In this document: one piece after another, positions 9,901 through 19,741 of the stretch
Layout of the letters: every line of letters starts with the position of its first letter
How positions within the stretch are numbered: position 1 is the stretch's first letter
NCBI GenBank assembly: GCA_963842415.1
Contig: CAWJGN010000003.1
Span: forward strand, 225,931 to 289,930
DNA from: an uncultured Acidimicrobiaceae bacterium
Lineage (GTDB): Bacteria; Actinomycetota; Acidimicrobiia; Acidimicrobiales; RAAP-2
DNA: 64,000 nt
Direction of reading: 5' to 3'
Program-made: the position numbers and the translations under genes
The notes under the pieces: generated by a model
Database searches by the model: none
What the model was told of the DNA's origin: nothing
What the model saw: the letters and a program-made list of their open reading frames with translations, nothing else

Positions 9901-10852
9901 CTACTGCTCTACCGCGTAGCCCAACGCACGGACGCGGGTCAGCCGGTCGTGGCCGAACACCGTCTCGGGATCGAGCTCGGCCCGCGGGCGCGTGATCGCC
10001 GACTGCGGAATGGCCACCAGCTCACGGAGAACACTCTCGGGAGGATCCAGGTCCAAGAACCTCACGAACCTGGTGACCTCCTCTCTCGGGTTCGCGCAGA
10101 TCGCGTCGTAGCTCAGGAGGAAGAATGTGCCCTGCGGGAGCGCCTTCCCTTGCTCGATCGCGGCCTCGTTCGCGCGGATCCAGTAGTCGAGCGACGCAGC
10201 CGGGGCAGGAGTCAGCGCACCGTTGCGAACACCAAAGCGGGACCCCCACCGGCGCACCTGTAGTTGATTGCGGCTCTGGGCCATATGGAACCCGTTTCGG
10301 ATCACGTGGACGTAACGCAGTCGATCACCAAAGTGGGTATGCAGATGCCGTACGAAGAGGTGGCTGTTCGGCTCCTTCCACCCCCATACGGGTGAACCGG
10401 GCGCATCGTCCTCCCCCGATCGGAGCAGGCTGGTGACGCGGGCGCGCAGCCAGGCCGGCGGCCGGTCGTCGACTCAGACGGTCGTACCGCCACCAGTGCC
10501 GGTCACGCCGAAGCGCCTCGTCGAGAGTCCTGCGGTCCTGTGCGCTGAACTCCACGCGGCCCGTCATCGCCGTTTCCAGGGTCGCCAAGGCTCGGGACAC
10601 GGAGCTCTTCGGCGCAGGTGCCTCCATATCCCACCGAGGCAACTTGCAGAGAAACGTGAACCAGCGGTTGTCCCCGGCCACATTGAGGTCCGAGCCCGTG
10701 TAGATGTCCAATCGGCGCATGATCTCTTCGACGACCCGCGTCCCGCTGCCTCCGACTCCACCGACGACGATGGGCCCTTTGGGCTCCTCCCCTTCTGTTG
10801 CCGACCGACGCGGGTCCTGGCGCTGCCGCATGCGCCGCGTCACGTTGGACAT
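9901..10852 (-). CDS. sulfotransferase-like P-loop protein, one frame disruption near 10455
   Basis: The N-terminal ORF has VVGGVGGSGTRVV. The downstream frame reads AWLRARVTSLLRSGEDDAPGSPVWGWKEPNSHLFVRHLHTHFGDRLRYVHVIRNGFHMAQS and continues into ORF 9901..10305. Confidence 0.58.
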
Positions 10853-10891
10853 AGCGCCCTGTCCCGGGAAATCCTGCGTCCGGGTCTCAGG

Positions 10892-11920
10892 TCAACCATC
10901 CGCTCGAGCAAGCCGGGCCGCTTGGAGGTCGCTCAGCGAGTACCAGCGGCGAACGTCGGCCATGGCAGGCCACGGACGAGGCGGACCCGATGCGGCGAGC
11001 GTCTGGTTGACCTCGACCTCCACGTCGTCCCATCGCTGTGCATACACGGCGTCGAGGGACCGGAGGCGACGACTGAAGCCGTCGAGTTGGTTCGTCCCGT
11101 AGAGTGCGGTGCGACGAGAACCGGGGCCAGAGGTGAGCTGCAGCTTGGCCCGTGTGAGGTCTTCGTCACGATATTGGAAGTGATGGGTGACGATGCCGCC
11201 CTGGGGCTCCACGAGATCCTGTGGGCAGATCCCCCAGTGCGACCCGGCCCGGCTGACTATGAAGTTGCCACCGCGATCGAACCGCTGCAGTGGGTGCTTC
11301 CAGTGAGCCCGTTGTCCGCACATGGGTGTCCACACAGGAAGGAATTCGTAGTACAGCGGTTGGAAATCGATCGGGTGGAATCCGGGGAGGTATTCGGGCT
11401 TCTCGTTCGGAAGATGGTTCACGTAGGCCGACCCCACCACGCGGAAACGACGGTCCAGTGTCGCGAGGTACTCGATGAGCGACGTGCCGTCAGGCCCCTC
11501 TGGGAACTCGTCACTGTCGAGATAGAGCCACCAGACGTGCTCCGAACCACACCGCAACGACTCTCGCACGACGACCGCGTTCATGAGCACTTGGGCGAGC
11601 GGCCCGTCGAAGGCGGGCGTCTCGAACACCTCGGCAATGGTGGCGCCAGCTTCCTGGGCCCGTTCCACGGTCGCATCGGTACTGCCGTTGTCGACTACGA
11701 AGACGGATTCCACGCCTTGCGCGAAGGCATTTCGGACGATGGCCGTAATGATGTCCTCGTCCATCCAGGTCTTGACGACGGCGAACAACCGAAAATCGCC
11801 CAGGACGTCGGGGTGGGGCGGGTTGGCTTCGGCGTGACTGGGTCCCGTGTTGTCCGCGGGCTGTGCAGGCCCGCTCGGAGACCCAGCCCGGACCGCACGC
11901 GACAACCGCGGCGCCCTCAT
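10892..11920 (-). CDS. glycosyltransferase family 2-like protein (paralog 1, intact)
   Basis: ATG 11920 inside ORF 10892..12445. FRLFAVVKTWMDEDIITAIVRNAFAQGVESVFVVDNGSTDATV, WWLYLDSDEF and HWKHPLQRFDR. Confidence 0.75.
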   Translation of the reverse strand: MRAPRLSRAVRAGSPSGPAQPADNTGPSHAEANPPHPDVLGDFRLFAVVKTWMDEDIITAIVRNAFAQGVESVFVVDNGSTDATVERAQEAGATIAEVFETPAFDGPLAQVLMNAVVVRESLRCGSEHVWWLYLDSDEFPEGPDGTSLIEYLATLDRRFRVVGSAYVNHLPNEKPEYLPGFHPIDFQPLYYEFLPVWTPMCGQRAHWKHPLQRFDRGGNFIVSRAGSHWGICPQDLVEPQGGIVTHHFQYRDEDLTRAKLQLTSGPGSRRTALYGTNQLDGFSRRLRSLDAVYAQRWDDVEVEVNQTLAASGPPRPWPAMADVRRWYSLSDLQAARLARADG

Positions 11921-11933
11921 CGGGACCCCACCC

Positions 11934-12949
11934 TCAGCCGCCTCGGACGGGGGAGGTCGGCGCTCCCGGTCGGCGGCTGGGCGGCCCGCTCTGCTCAGAC
12001 ACCCATTGCGCGCGAGCCTCCTCCAGCTCGGCAGGTTCGTACCAACGACGAACACGTTCGAGGTGTGGCCAGAGTGTGGGATGGCTACTGGAGAGCTTGT
12101 TCGGAATGGTGTCGACGTCCGCCCATCGTTGGCTGTAGACGGCGTCCAAAGAGTCGCGACGACGGATGAATCCGTCAAAGCCGCTCGATCCGTGAAGGGA
12201 CGTGCGCGTCGACGTCGGCCCGCACGGTGAGCTCGAGCTTGGCCCGCGTCAGCGTCTCGTCGCGGTACTGGAAATGATGGGTCACGATGCCACCGCTCGG
12301 TTCGATGAGCACTTCGGAGCAGAAGCCCGAATGCGCCCCGTCGTTGCTCATCAAGAAATACCCGTTCCGGTCGAATCGCTGCAGGGGATGCTTCCAATGC
12401 CCGCGTGTGCATGGGGGCCACCGGGCCGGGACGAATTCGTAGCACAAGGGTTGGAAGTCGATGGGATGAAAGCCGGAGAGGTACTCGGGCTTCTCTGTCG
12501 GGAAGTGATTGACGTAGTGGGCGCCCACGAGCCGATACCGGCGGTCAAGAGTGCACAGGTAGTCCCGGACTGACATGCCGTCGGGACCCTCGGGAAACTC
12601 ATCGGTATCGAGGTAGAGCCACCAGACATGATCGGCGCCGCACCGAAGGGATTCTCGAACCACCACCGCGTTCATGAGAGGTTGGACCAGGCGCCCCTCG
12701 AAGGATTCCGTCTGATAGATCTCCGCCACGAGCGCTCCGGCGTCCACCGCGCGCGGAAACGGTGGCATCGGTGCTGCCGTTGTCGACGATGAACACCTTC
12801 GACGCGCCCTGCAGCATGGCGTTTCGAACCGTCGCCTCAATGACATCCTCATCCATCCAGGTCTTCACAACGGCAAACAGATCGAACTCAGGGAGAGTCT
12901 CCGGACGCTCGGGATCTGGCTCGTGCTCGATGTTCCCGAATCCAGGCAT
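11934..12949 (-). CDS. glycosyltransferase family 2-like protein (paralog 2), two frame disruptions near 12765 and 12215
   Basis: Three fragments are collinear with paralog 1: FDLFAVVKTWMDEDVIEATVRNAMLQGASKVFIVDNGSTDATV / RAVDAGALVAEIYQ...WWLYLDTDEF...HWKHPLQRFDR...LTRAKLELT / GPTSTRTSLHGSSGFDGFIRRRDSLDAVYSQRWADV. Confidence 0.68.
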
Positions 12950-13479
12950 AGTCGTCCCCACGGAGCGACCGAGGTGCAGTGCCTTCGTGAGCCGATTGCG
13001 TCTCATCGGGCTCAGCGCGGAACGGGCAGAGCGGAGGCAGCCGTGCCATTCGAACTCTGAGAGGCGGCGTCGACGGTGTACGGCTCCGCAGCGATCAGGT
13101 CGTCTGCGCGTCCGGTGAACAATCCCGGCCCGGCCAGGGTACGAACGGTGCCTGCGGCGCCACCCCGAAACGTCCCGGTGACCACCGCATCGTGACAGCC
13201 CACGCCGTCCGGCCTTGATCCCACGAGCCCAAAGAGTAGTGGCAAACGTCTGCCGAACCCTCGGCCGTCGACCATGCCGGGTGCCGGGTGCACACGGCCT
13301 CGAAACACGATTGAACGTTGCGTGAACACCAGGCGAAAACGGTGATCCTATCGCTCCGGCCTGCACCCCCCTCAATCCACTGCCGAGATCTGGGAGATCG
13401 GAAACCGCGCCTACTGCTCTCCTGCCGACGGGTCCGGCCCAACCGTCCGGGACTGGACCGCTCGCTTGCCGCCGCGGGA

Positions 13480-14242
13480 AGTAGTCGCCTGGATGCGATC
13501 GTCTCGCGTCGTAGAGCGCGATCTCGGTGTTACGGAGTCGTACCACCAAGAGACCATGGCGTTGCGCGGCGTCGTCCACGGCCTTGATCACTGCGGGCCA
13601 TCGGGATGCGTAGTCGTCCCAGACGACGATGCCGCCCGCAGACACCATCTTGAGAGCGTTCTCGGTGTCGGCCGTCACACAATCTGCCTCATGGCCGCCG
13701 TCGACGACGACCATGTCCATGTTCTTGTAGTACGGACTGAAGTCGAATGTCCGGCTGTCACCGTAGAGCTGGGTGATCCGCTGGGCCACAGAGGTGTCCC
13801 TGAACCGAGAACCGGCTCCGTTGACCCCTGCGAGCGCGACGTCGTTCGTTCCGTCGACGTAGTCAGGCGGGAGATCGAGCGTGTAGATCCGTGCCTGGGG
13901 AACCATTCTGCCCAGCAACATGGTCGTGGCGCCCTCGTAGGTGCCGATCTCGAAGATGCGCTCAGGCTGGCGAAGGCCCGCGAGCACGGCGAGGCAGTAT
14001 TGCTCGAGCGGATCCATGTTCCAAAGCCGGTAGCGCACGTCTCCCATCGGGACCACCTGACGCCTCGACCCGCGGTAGCTTTCAATGAAATCCACCGGGA
14101 GTGCCCTGGGCTCCTCGTCAGCCCTGAGACCGGCGTTGAAAAGCTGTTGGAGGAAGGCCTTGTTCCGTGCGTTGCGGGCGAACGATCGGACCGCCCTGCC
14201 CCAGTGGTGCGCGTTCACCAGCTCATCGTCCGGCCAACACAT
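13480..14242 (-). CDS. class I SAM-dependent methyltransferase (O-MT family 3/Methyltransf_24-like); 3' end uncertain
   Basis: IFEIGTYEGATTMLL, VVVDGGHEADCV and GGIVVWDDY. The ORF stays open to 12599 through an Arg-rich stretch that does not look like coding sequence, so the 13480 end is an estimate of the domain end, not a stop. Confidence 0.7.
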
Positions 14243-14293
14243 CGGCCACCGACATCTGACGATGGCACACGGCGTCGTCGGATGTGCCAGACC

Positions 14294-15365
14294 TCAGACA
14301 CACGCACCTGCCGCGGTGACGTCGATCGGTTTTCCGGCGTGAACCGCCGACCGATACGCCGCATCAACGAGGCGATGAGCGACCACGGCAACCGCGACGC
14401 CGGGGTCGGGTGCCGTCCCTGCGCTCACTGCGTCAAGGAAGGCCCGGTCTGCCTCGACGTAGGCCCGCACCGCCAGTCCGACCTCGCCGTGGGGCAGGGG
14501 TCAGCGCGTCGACCCACGGCGGGGGCGGGCAGGGCCGGACCTCCGTACCCCCACTCGTCTGCACGTGGAGTGGACCAGTGAACTCATTCTCGAGCCACGC
14601 CACAGCATCGCGGCAGAAGATCTCGACGCGACGGGTCGAGCCGCGGCTGAGGACGTCATGCCAGATGCTGGTGAGCTGCGCCTGGGCGCCCGATGCGAAC
14701 GAGAGCGACACCGTGGCCACGTCCTCCACGCCCTCGTAGCCAGCGTGGTTCTCCGTACGCCCGCTCACGGCGTGCACATCGCCCAAGCAGAAGCTCAGGA
14801 TGTCGACGTCGTGGATGGAGTGTTCGATCAGGCAGCCGCCGCCTGCCTGCACGACGTCGGCGCGCCAACGTGATGCGTAGGTGCCCCGAATAGGAAAGTA
14901 CTGGTCGTCCCGGAACACGGCTGCCATCGGTGCGCCGAGGCTGCCACCCTCCACCAGCTCGCGCAGCGCCCGGAAAACTGGCGCGCTCCGCAGAACCAGG
15001 CCGCACTGGGCGGGCACCCCTGCGCTGCGAACCGCGTCAGCTAAAGAAATGGCAGAGGGGAGATCTCGATCGAGCGGTTTCTCGCAGAAGACCGCCCGGC
15101 CGGCCGCGAGAGCCGCATCGACGGCGGCGCGGTGCGCTCCCGTCGGGGTGCAGATCCAGATTGCGTCGCAGCGGCGGGCCACCTCCGCAGCGTCAGCCAC
15201 GGCCTCGGCACCCAGCGTGTCGGCAAATCCTGCGGCCCGGCGTGTCTTGGGGTCGTACACCGCGGTAATGGAGGCTTCGATAACGCCTCCGTCGATCATC
15301 GCCTTCAGACCGAGCCCGTGCGCCCAGGCTATGAGGCCCGTCCCGACGAAGCCGACGCGTAACAT
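14294..15365 (-). CDS. Gfo/Idh/MocA family oxidoreductase, one frame disruption near 14495
   Basis: RVGFVGTGLIAWAH Rossmann start and FCEKP. The C-terminal segment HGEVGLAVRAYVEADRAFLDAVSAGTAPDPGVAVAVVAHRLVDAAYRSAVHAGKPIDV, ending at TGA 14294, is in another frame. Confidence 0.8.
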
Positions 15366-15403
15366 GCGTCGACACTACGCTGCGAGCTAGGAGCTGTCGC
15401 CCC

Positions 15404-16186
15404 TCACGGTTCGTTCGGCTTCGTCATGATCGATATTCGATCACCGAAGCGAGGAACGCCGCATGGGTCGTCCACACTCCACCTCGTGAACTGACGCTGC
15501 AACACCAGGCCTGAGTCTCCGATCCAGCTGGAAACATCCTTGGCCGACACGTTGGATCGCCAACCGTCGCTGTCTTCACCTCTCCCCATGGAGATCACCT
15601 GGTACAGCCGGCGACCCCGGTCCCCGACGCTCCTGAGCCCTCCCATCCACAAGGTGGACTGCCGTCGGTTCGCGTGATGAAGGATCGCGACCCCTCCGGG
15701 CCGCAGCACGCGGTAAATCTCCGCGAGGTACCTGCGGAACTCCGTTGCGGCGACGTGAACGAAGGAATCGTACGACCAGACCAGATCTACCGATTCGGTG
15801 CAATCGGGGGGTAAGGCGTCACCTGGGGTTTGGAACGTCTCCAATCGAGGGTCAGAGAACCGACTACGGCACATCTCGAGACACGTCGGACTCAAGTCCA
15901 CCAAGACCAGCCGCGAGCAAGGTTGCTCCAAGAGCTTTTCCGTCCAGCGGCCGTGCCCAGGACCGATCTCAAGGACTACCGCATCGGGCCCAACGTACGG
16001 GACGATGAGGTGCTGAATCAGAGACTGCTTCCACTGCTCGTAGGAAACACCGCAGCGAGCTGCCTGGCCCTTCCATTCGTCGCCGCCCTCATCCCACACA
16101 TGATCTTCATCCCACTCCTTGAGATTCTCCGCGACGGAGTTGTCACCGGCTCGTCGAAATCGACCCACCCTTGAAGTCACCGCCAC
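15404..16186 (-). CDS. class I SAM-dependent methyltransferase
   Basis: VLEIGPGHGRWT (motif I), LVLVDLS and LRPGGVAILHH. Confidence 0.8.
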   Translation of the reverse strand: MAVTSRVGRFRRAGDNSVAENLKEWDEDHVWDEGGDEWKGQAARCGVSYEQWKQSLIQHLIVPYVGPDAVVLEIGPGHGRWTEKLLEQPCSRLVLVDLSPTCLEMCRSRFSDPRLETFQTPGDALPPDCTESVDLVWSYDSFVHVAATEFRRYLAEIYRVLRPGGVAILHHANRRQSTLWMGGLRSVGDRGRRLYQVISMGRGEDSDGWRSNVSAKDVSSWIGDSGLVLQRQFTRWSVDDPCGVPRFGDRISIMTKPNEP

Positions 16187-16233
16187 ACTCTACGCGGCGC
16201 TCTTGGCCGAGACCAAAGCCCTCGGGCGACTCA

Positions 16234-17277
16234 TCAGGAATCAGTCCGAGCCGGGGCGGCGACGCCGTTCGCGCCTGGATCATCGGCGTCAGTGCTTTCT
16301 TCGACGGAACTCAGCACGGGACCCTTGCCTGTCACCCGCCAGAGCGCGTTGGTCGCGCGAAAGAGCCGCGACCGCTTGAGCCACTTGAGGTCGTGTTGCG
16401 CTGTCTGCATCGCCGTGGTCACCGCCTGCCCCGCCCATGTCAGGCTGATGACATCCGAGACCCACAAGGGCTCTGGTGGAAGCTCCGGCTGTGACCATCT
16501 TTCGTGGGCTCCCAGGCGGCCTCGGAGAATCTCGAGTATGGGTTGCTGCTCGGATTCCAGCGTGCCCTGAGCGTTGGATCGCCGATTGTGTCGTAATTCG
16601 CCGTGCAGCACGCGTGCTGCCCGATCCGAACGATCCGCTCCGGGTGTGATGCCGTTGGCATTGAGGAATCTCACGAGGTCGTTCACCCACAGGCCCGGCT
16701 CATCGAGAACTCGTGCGTACTCGATCACCAAGACCGGCAGCCCGACCAGTGAAGCCAAGGATTGCCGGACGTAGCGGTGCCAGAGAGCGAGACTCAAGGT
16801 CAAGGGGAACTCGTTTCGCTTCTGCAACGAAAGGGCCACTTCAAGTGGGTCGCGGAAAACAAGGATTGCCACCGGTTCGCGCGGCAAGACCTTGCGCCAC
16901 AGAGGGAGCGTCAGACACAGGCGGGGATCCTTCATGACACGAGGCGGCTCGGCCGCAATTGATCGCACTAATTCGGCTGCCCGCGATCTGAGAGAACTCA
17001 TCACCTCGTCATCGGACACTTCCCAACTGTTCGGGAGGCGCGGCGGCGCCGACCACGTACCCCCGAGGTGTCGCAAAACGCTTTCGTCGAACTTGGTGAG
17101 CTTGTCGCTCTCCCAGTACCCAAGCTCGTTGTAGAGATCACCATTGATGAGGTCATCCGGAGCTGGGGCAGACAGGCCCAGCTCGGCCAAGCAATTCGCC
17201 GTTGCCGAGGTGCCGCTTCGATGCATCCCGATCACAACCGCATCACGGCTTCCGAACGCGTCCGACCCCGAGCTCAC
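16234..17277 (-). CDS. sulfotransferase family protein (intact)
   Basis: VVIGMHRSGTSATA (5'-PSB loop), VMKDPRLCLTLPLW and FRDPLEVALSL (3'-PB). Clear paralog of the C-terminal half of ORF 61146..63218. Confidence 0.8.
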   Translation of the reverse strand: MSSGSDAFGSRDAVVIGMHRSGTSATANCLAELGLSAPAPDDLINGDLYNELGYWESDKLTKFDESVLRHLGGTWSAPPRLPNSWEVSDDEVMSSLRSRAAELVRSIAAEPPRVMKDPRLCLTLPLWRKVLPREPVAILVFRDPLEVALSLQKRNEFPLTLSLALWHRYVRQSLASLVGLPVLVIEYARVLDEPGLWVNDLVRFLNANGITPGADRSDRAARVLHGELRHNRRSNAQGTLESEQQPILEILRGRLGAHERWSQPELPPEPLWVSDVISLTWAGQAVTTAMQTAQHDLKWLKRSRLFRATNALWRVTGKGPVLSSVEESTDADDPGANGVAAPARTDS

Positions 17278-17330
17278 GGGTCCACAGAGTAGTAGCGCTG
17301 AGGGGAGGAGAGCTCCGCCGGTAGGTCTCC

Positions 17331-18336
17331 TCAGCCGATGAGGCCCAACGCCTTCACCTCGTCGCGCTCTGCCAGCAACTCGTCGGTCGTGATGCCGATG
17401 CGCTCGGTCGCGAAGTCGTCGCGTGCGAAACCATCGACGACGGTCCAGTCGCCCTCCCCATCGGAGGCGACCGGGAAGCCGAACTGCAGCCCCTCCGGGG
17501 TGCCGTACTGGCCATCACTGGCGACGGCCACGGAGAAACAGTCGCCGAGCGGCGTGGCCGAGCGGAGGCTGGCCACGGTGTCGATTGCCGCCGCGGCCGC
17601 CGAGGCGGCCGAGGACGACCCCCTCGCGTCGATGATGGCGGCACCGCGCTTTTGCACCGTGGTGATGAAGCTCTCCTCGCAGCCAATCGGTGTCGGTGAT
17701 GACGTCCGTTGCCCGCTTGCCGCCGATCAGTGCGTTGGCGAAATCAGGGAACTGGGTCGCGGAGTGGTTGCCCCAGATGGCCATGTTGGTGACGTCACCA
17801 ACCAGGACGCCGGCCTTGCGGGCCAGCTGGGCCTTGGCCCGGTTCTCGTCGAGGCGCGTCATGGCGAACCAACGCTCGGCTGGCACCTCGGGGGCGTTGG
17901 ACCGTGCAATCAGGCAGTTGGTGTTGCAGGGGTTGCCCACCACCAGGATGTGCACGTCGGGGTCGGCGTTCTCGGCGATGGCCCGGCCCTGTGGCTTGAA
18001 GATGCCACCGTTGACGTTCAGGAGGTCACCGCGCTCCATGCCGGCCTTGCGCGGCACCGATCCGACCAGCAGCGCCCACGATGTCCCGTCGAAAGCCGTC
18101 TTGAGGTCGGAGGTCGCCACGATGTCGTGCACCAGCGGAAACGCGCCGTCGTCGATCTCCATGCAGACGCCCTCGAGCATCTTCATCGCCGGCTCGATCT
18201 CGAGGAGGCGCAGCACGATGGGCTGGTCCTCGCCGAGGAGCTGTCCCGAGGCGATTCGAAAGAGGATCGAGTAGCCGATCTGGCCGGCCGCACCGGTGAC
18301 CGTGACGTGGATCGGGGACTTCGATGCCGATGCCAT
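17331..18336 (-). CDS. mdh: malate dehydrogenase, one 1-nt frame disruption near 17670
   Basis: ATG 18336. [34 protein letters not shown] and IWGNHS. The C-terminal part ([17 protein letters not shown]...) is in ORF 17331..17657. The junction reads gag c ttc atc acc. Confidence 0.9.
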
Positions 18337-18410
18337 GAGCGAGGGATCCTTTCGTGGTATCGAGACGAGGCCAAGAAGCTGGAATGGGGGGAGTTTGCCG
18401 AAGCGACGGC

Positions 18411-19607
18411 TCAAAGGCGGTCGACGATGGCGGACGCGAACTCCGAAGTCTTGACCTCGGTCGCTCCCTCCATCAACCGTGCGAAGTCATAGGTGACCAC
18501 CTTGTCGGCGATGGTGGCCTCGAGCGCGTGCACGATGTCGGAGGCCGCGTCGTTCCAGCCGATGTGCTCGAACATGAGCACGCCGGAGAGCAGCACCGAG
18601 CCGGGGTTCACCTTGTCCTGCCCGGCGTACTTGGGCGCCGTGCCATGTGTCGCCTCGAAGATGCCGTGGCCGGTCACGTAGTTGATGTTGGCTCCCGGGG
18701 CGATGCCGATGCCGCCGACCTGGGCGGCCAGCGCGTCGGAGAGGTAGTCGCCGTTGAGGTTCGTCGTGGCGATGACGTCGAAGTCCGTCGGCCGCGTCAG
18801 TACCTGCTGCAGCGTGATGTCCGCGATGGTGTCCTTGACCAGCAACTTGTCGCCCGGCTCACCGTCACAGTCGTCCCAGCCGACTGCCACGTCGGCGAAC
18901 TCCTCGCGTACGAGCTCGTATCCCCACTCGCGGAATGCACCTTCGGTGAACTTCTGGATGTTGCCCTTGTGCACCATCGTCACCGAGCGACGCTTGCGCT
19001 CGAGCGCGTAATTGATCGCGGCGCGGATGAGGCGCCTCGAGCCCATGGGTGAGATCGGCTTGATCCCAATGCCCGACGCCTCGCGGATGGGCCATCCCAT
19101 CTCTTGGCGAAGATATGCGGCCAGCTTCTCCGCCTCGGGCGTGCCTGACTGGACCTCGTAGCCCGCGTACACGTCCTCCGTGTTCTCCCGGAAGATGACC
19201 ATGTCCACCAGCTCGGGGTGGACGACGGGCGAGGGCACGCCGGTGAACCAGCGGACCGGCCGCAGGCACACGTAGAGGTCGAGGATCTGGCGCAGCGCCA
19301 CGTTGAGCGAGCGGATGCCTCCGCCCACCGGCGTGGTCAGCGGGCCCTTGATCCCGATCAGGTGCGACCGGAAGGTCTCGACTGTCGCTTCGGGCAGCCA
19401 ACTGCCGGTTTCGTCGAAGGCCTTCTGACCTGCCAGCACCTCCTTCCAGGCGACCTTGTGGCCATGCTTGGCGGCGGCCGCGTCGAGAACCAGCCTGGCG
19501 GCGGGCCAGATGTCCACTCCCGTGCCGTCGCCCTCGATGAAAGGGATGATGGGCTCGTCGGGGACCACCAACGTGCCGTCGTCGCCCATACGGATGAGAT
19601 CTGCCAT
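18411..19607 (-). CDS. icd: isocitrate dehydrogenase (NADP-type homodimeric family), intact
   Basis: [39 protein letters not shown] and [15 protein letters not shown]; 398 aa. Confidence 0.92.
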   Translation of the reverse strand: MADLIRMGDDGTLVVPDEPIIPFIEGDGTGVDIWPAARLVLDAAAAKHGHKVAWKEVLAGQKAFDETGSWLPEATVETFRSHLIGIKGPLTTPVGGGIRSLNVALRQILDLYVCLRPVRWFTGVPSPVVHPELVDMVIFRENTEDVYAGYEVQSGTPEAEKLAAYLRQEMGWPIREASGIGIKPISPMGSRRLIRAAINYALERKRRSVTMVHKGNIQKFTEGAFREWGYELVREEFADVAVGWDDCDGEPGDKLLVKDTIADITLQQVLTRPTDFDVIATTNLNGDYLSDALAAQVGGIGIAPGANINYVTGHGIFEATHGTAPKYAGQDKVNPGSVLLSGVLMFEHIGWNDAASDIVHALEATIADKVVTYDFARLMEGATEVKTSEFASAIVDRL

Positions 19608-19741
19608 CGAGCGAATGCTACGGGCGGCCGGGGCCCTGGTCCCAATCGGCGATCACCGTCAGCCGTTCGGGGCCCTGGTGGGGCTCGGACAGGATCTGCG
19701 TTCAGCCGGACCCCGACGATTCGCCTTCACGAGGGTTGCAG

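Noticed and set aside
12599-14242. 547-aa ORF as a methyltransferase-GT2 fusion protein.
   Set aside because: The roughly 170-aa connector is Arg-rich and does not look like coding sequence. The GT2 part begins with its own ATG (12949) at the position equivalent to the intact paralog. Chance openness in GC-rich DNA, or a lost stop, is more likely.
19620-19690. 12-nt direct repeat CGGGGCCCTGGT occurring twice, about 40 nt apart, upstream of icd.
   Set aside because: It is a short GC-rich repeat that could arise by chance in this composition, and I could not tie a functional pattern to it.
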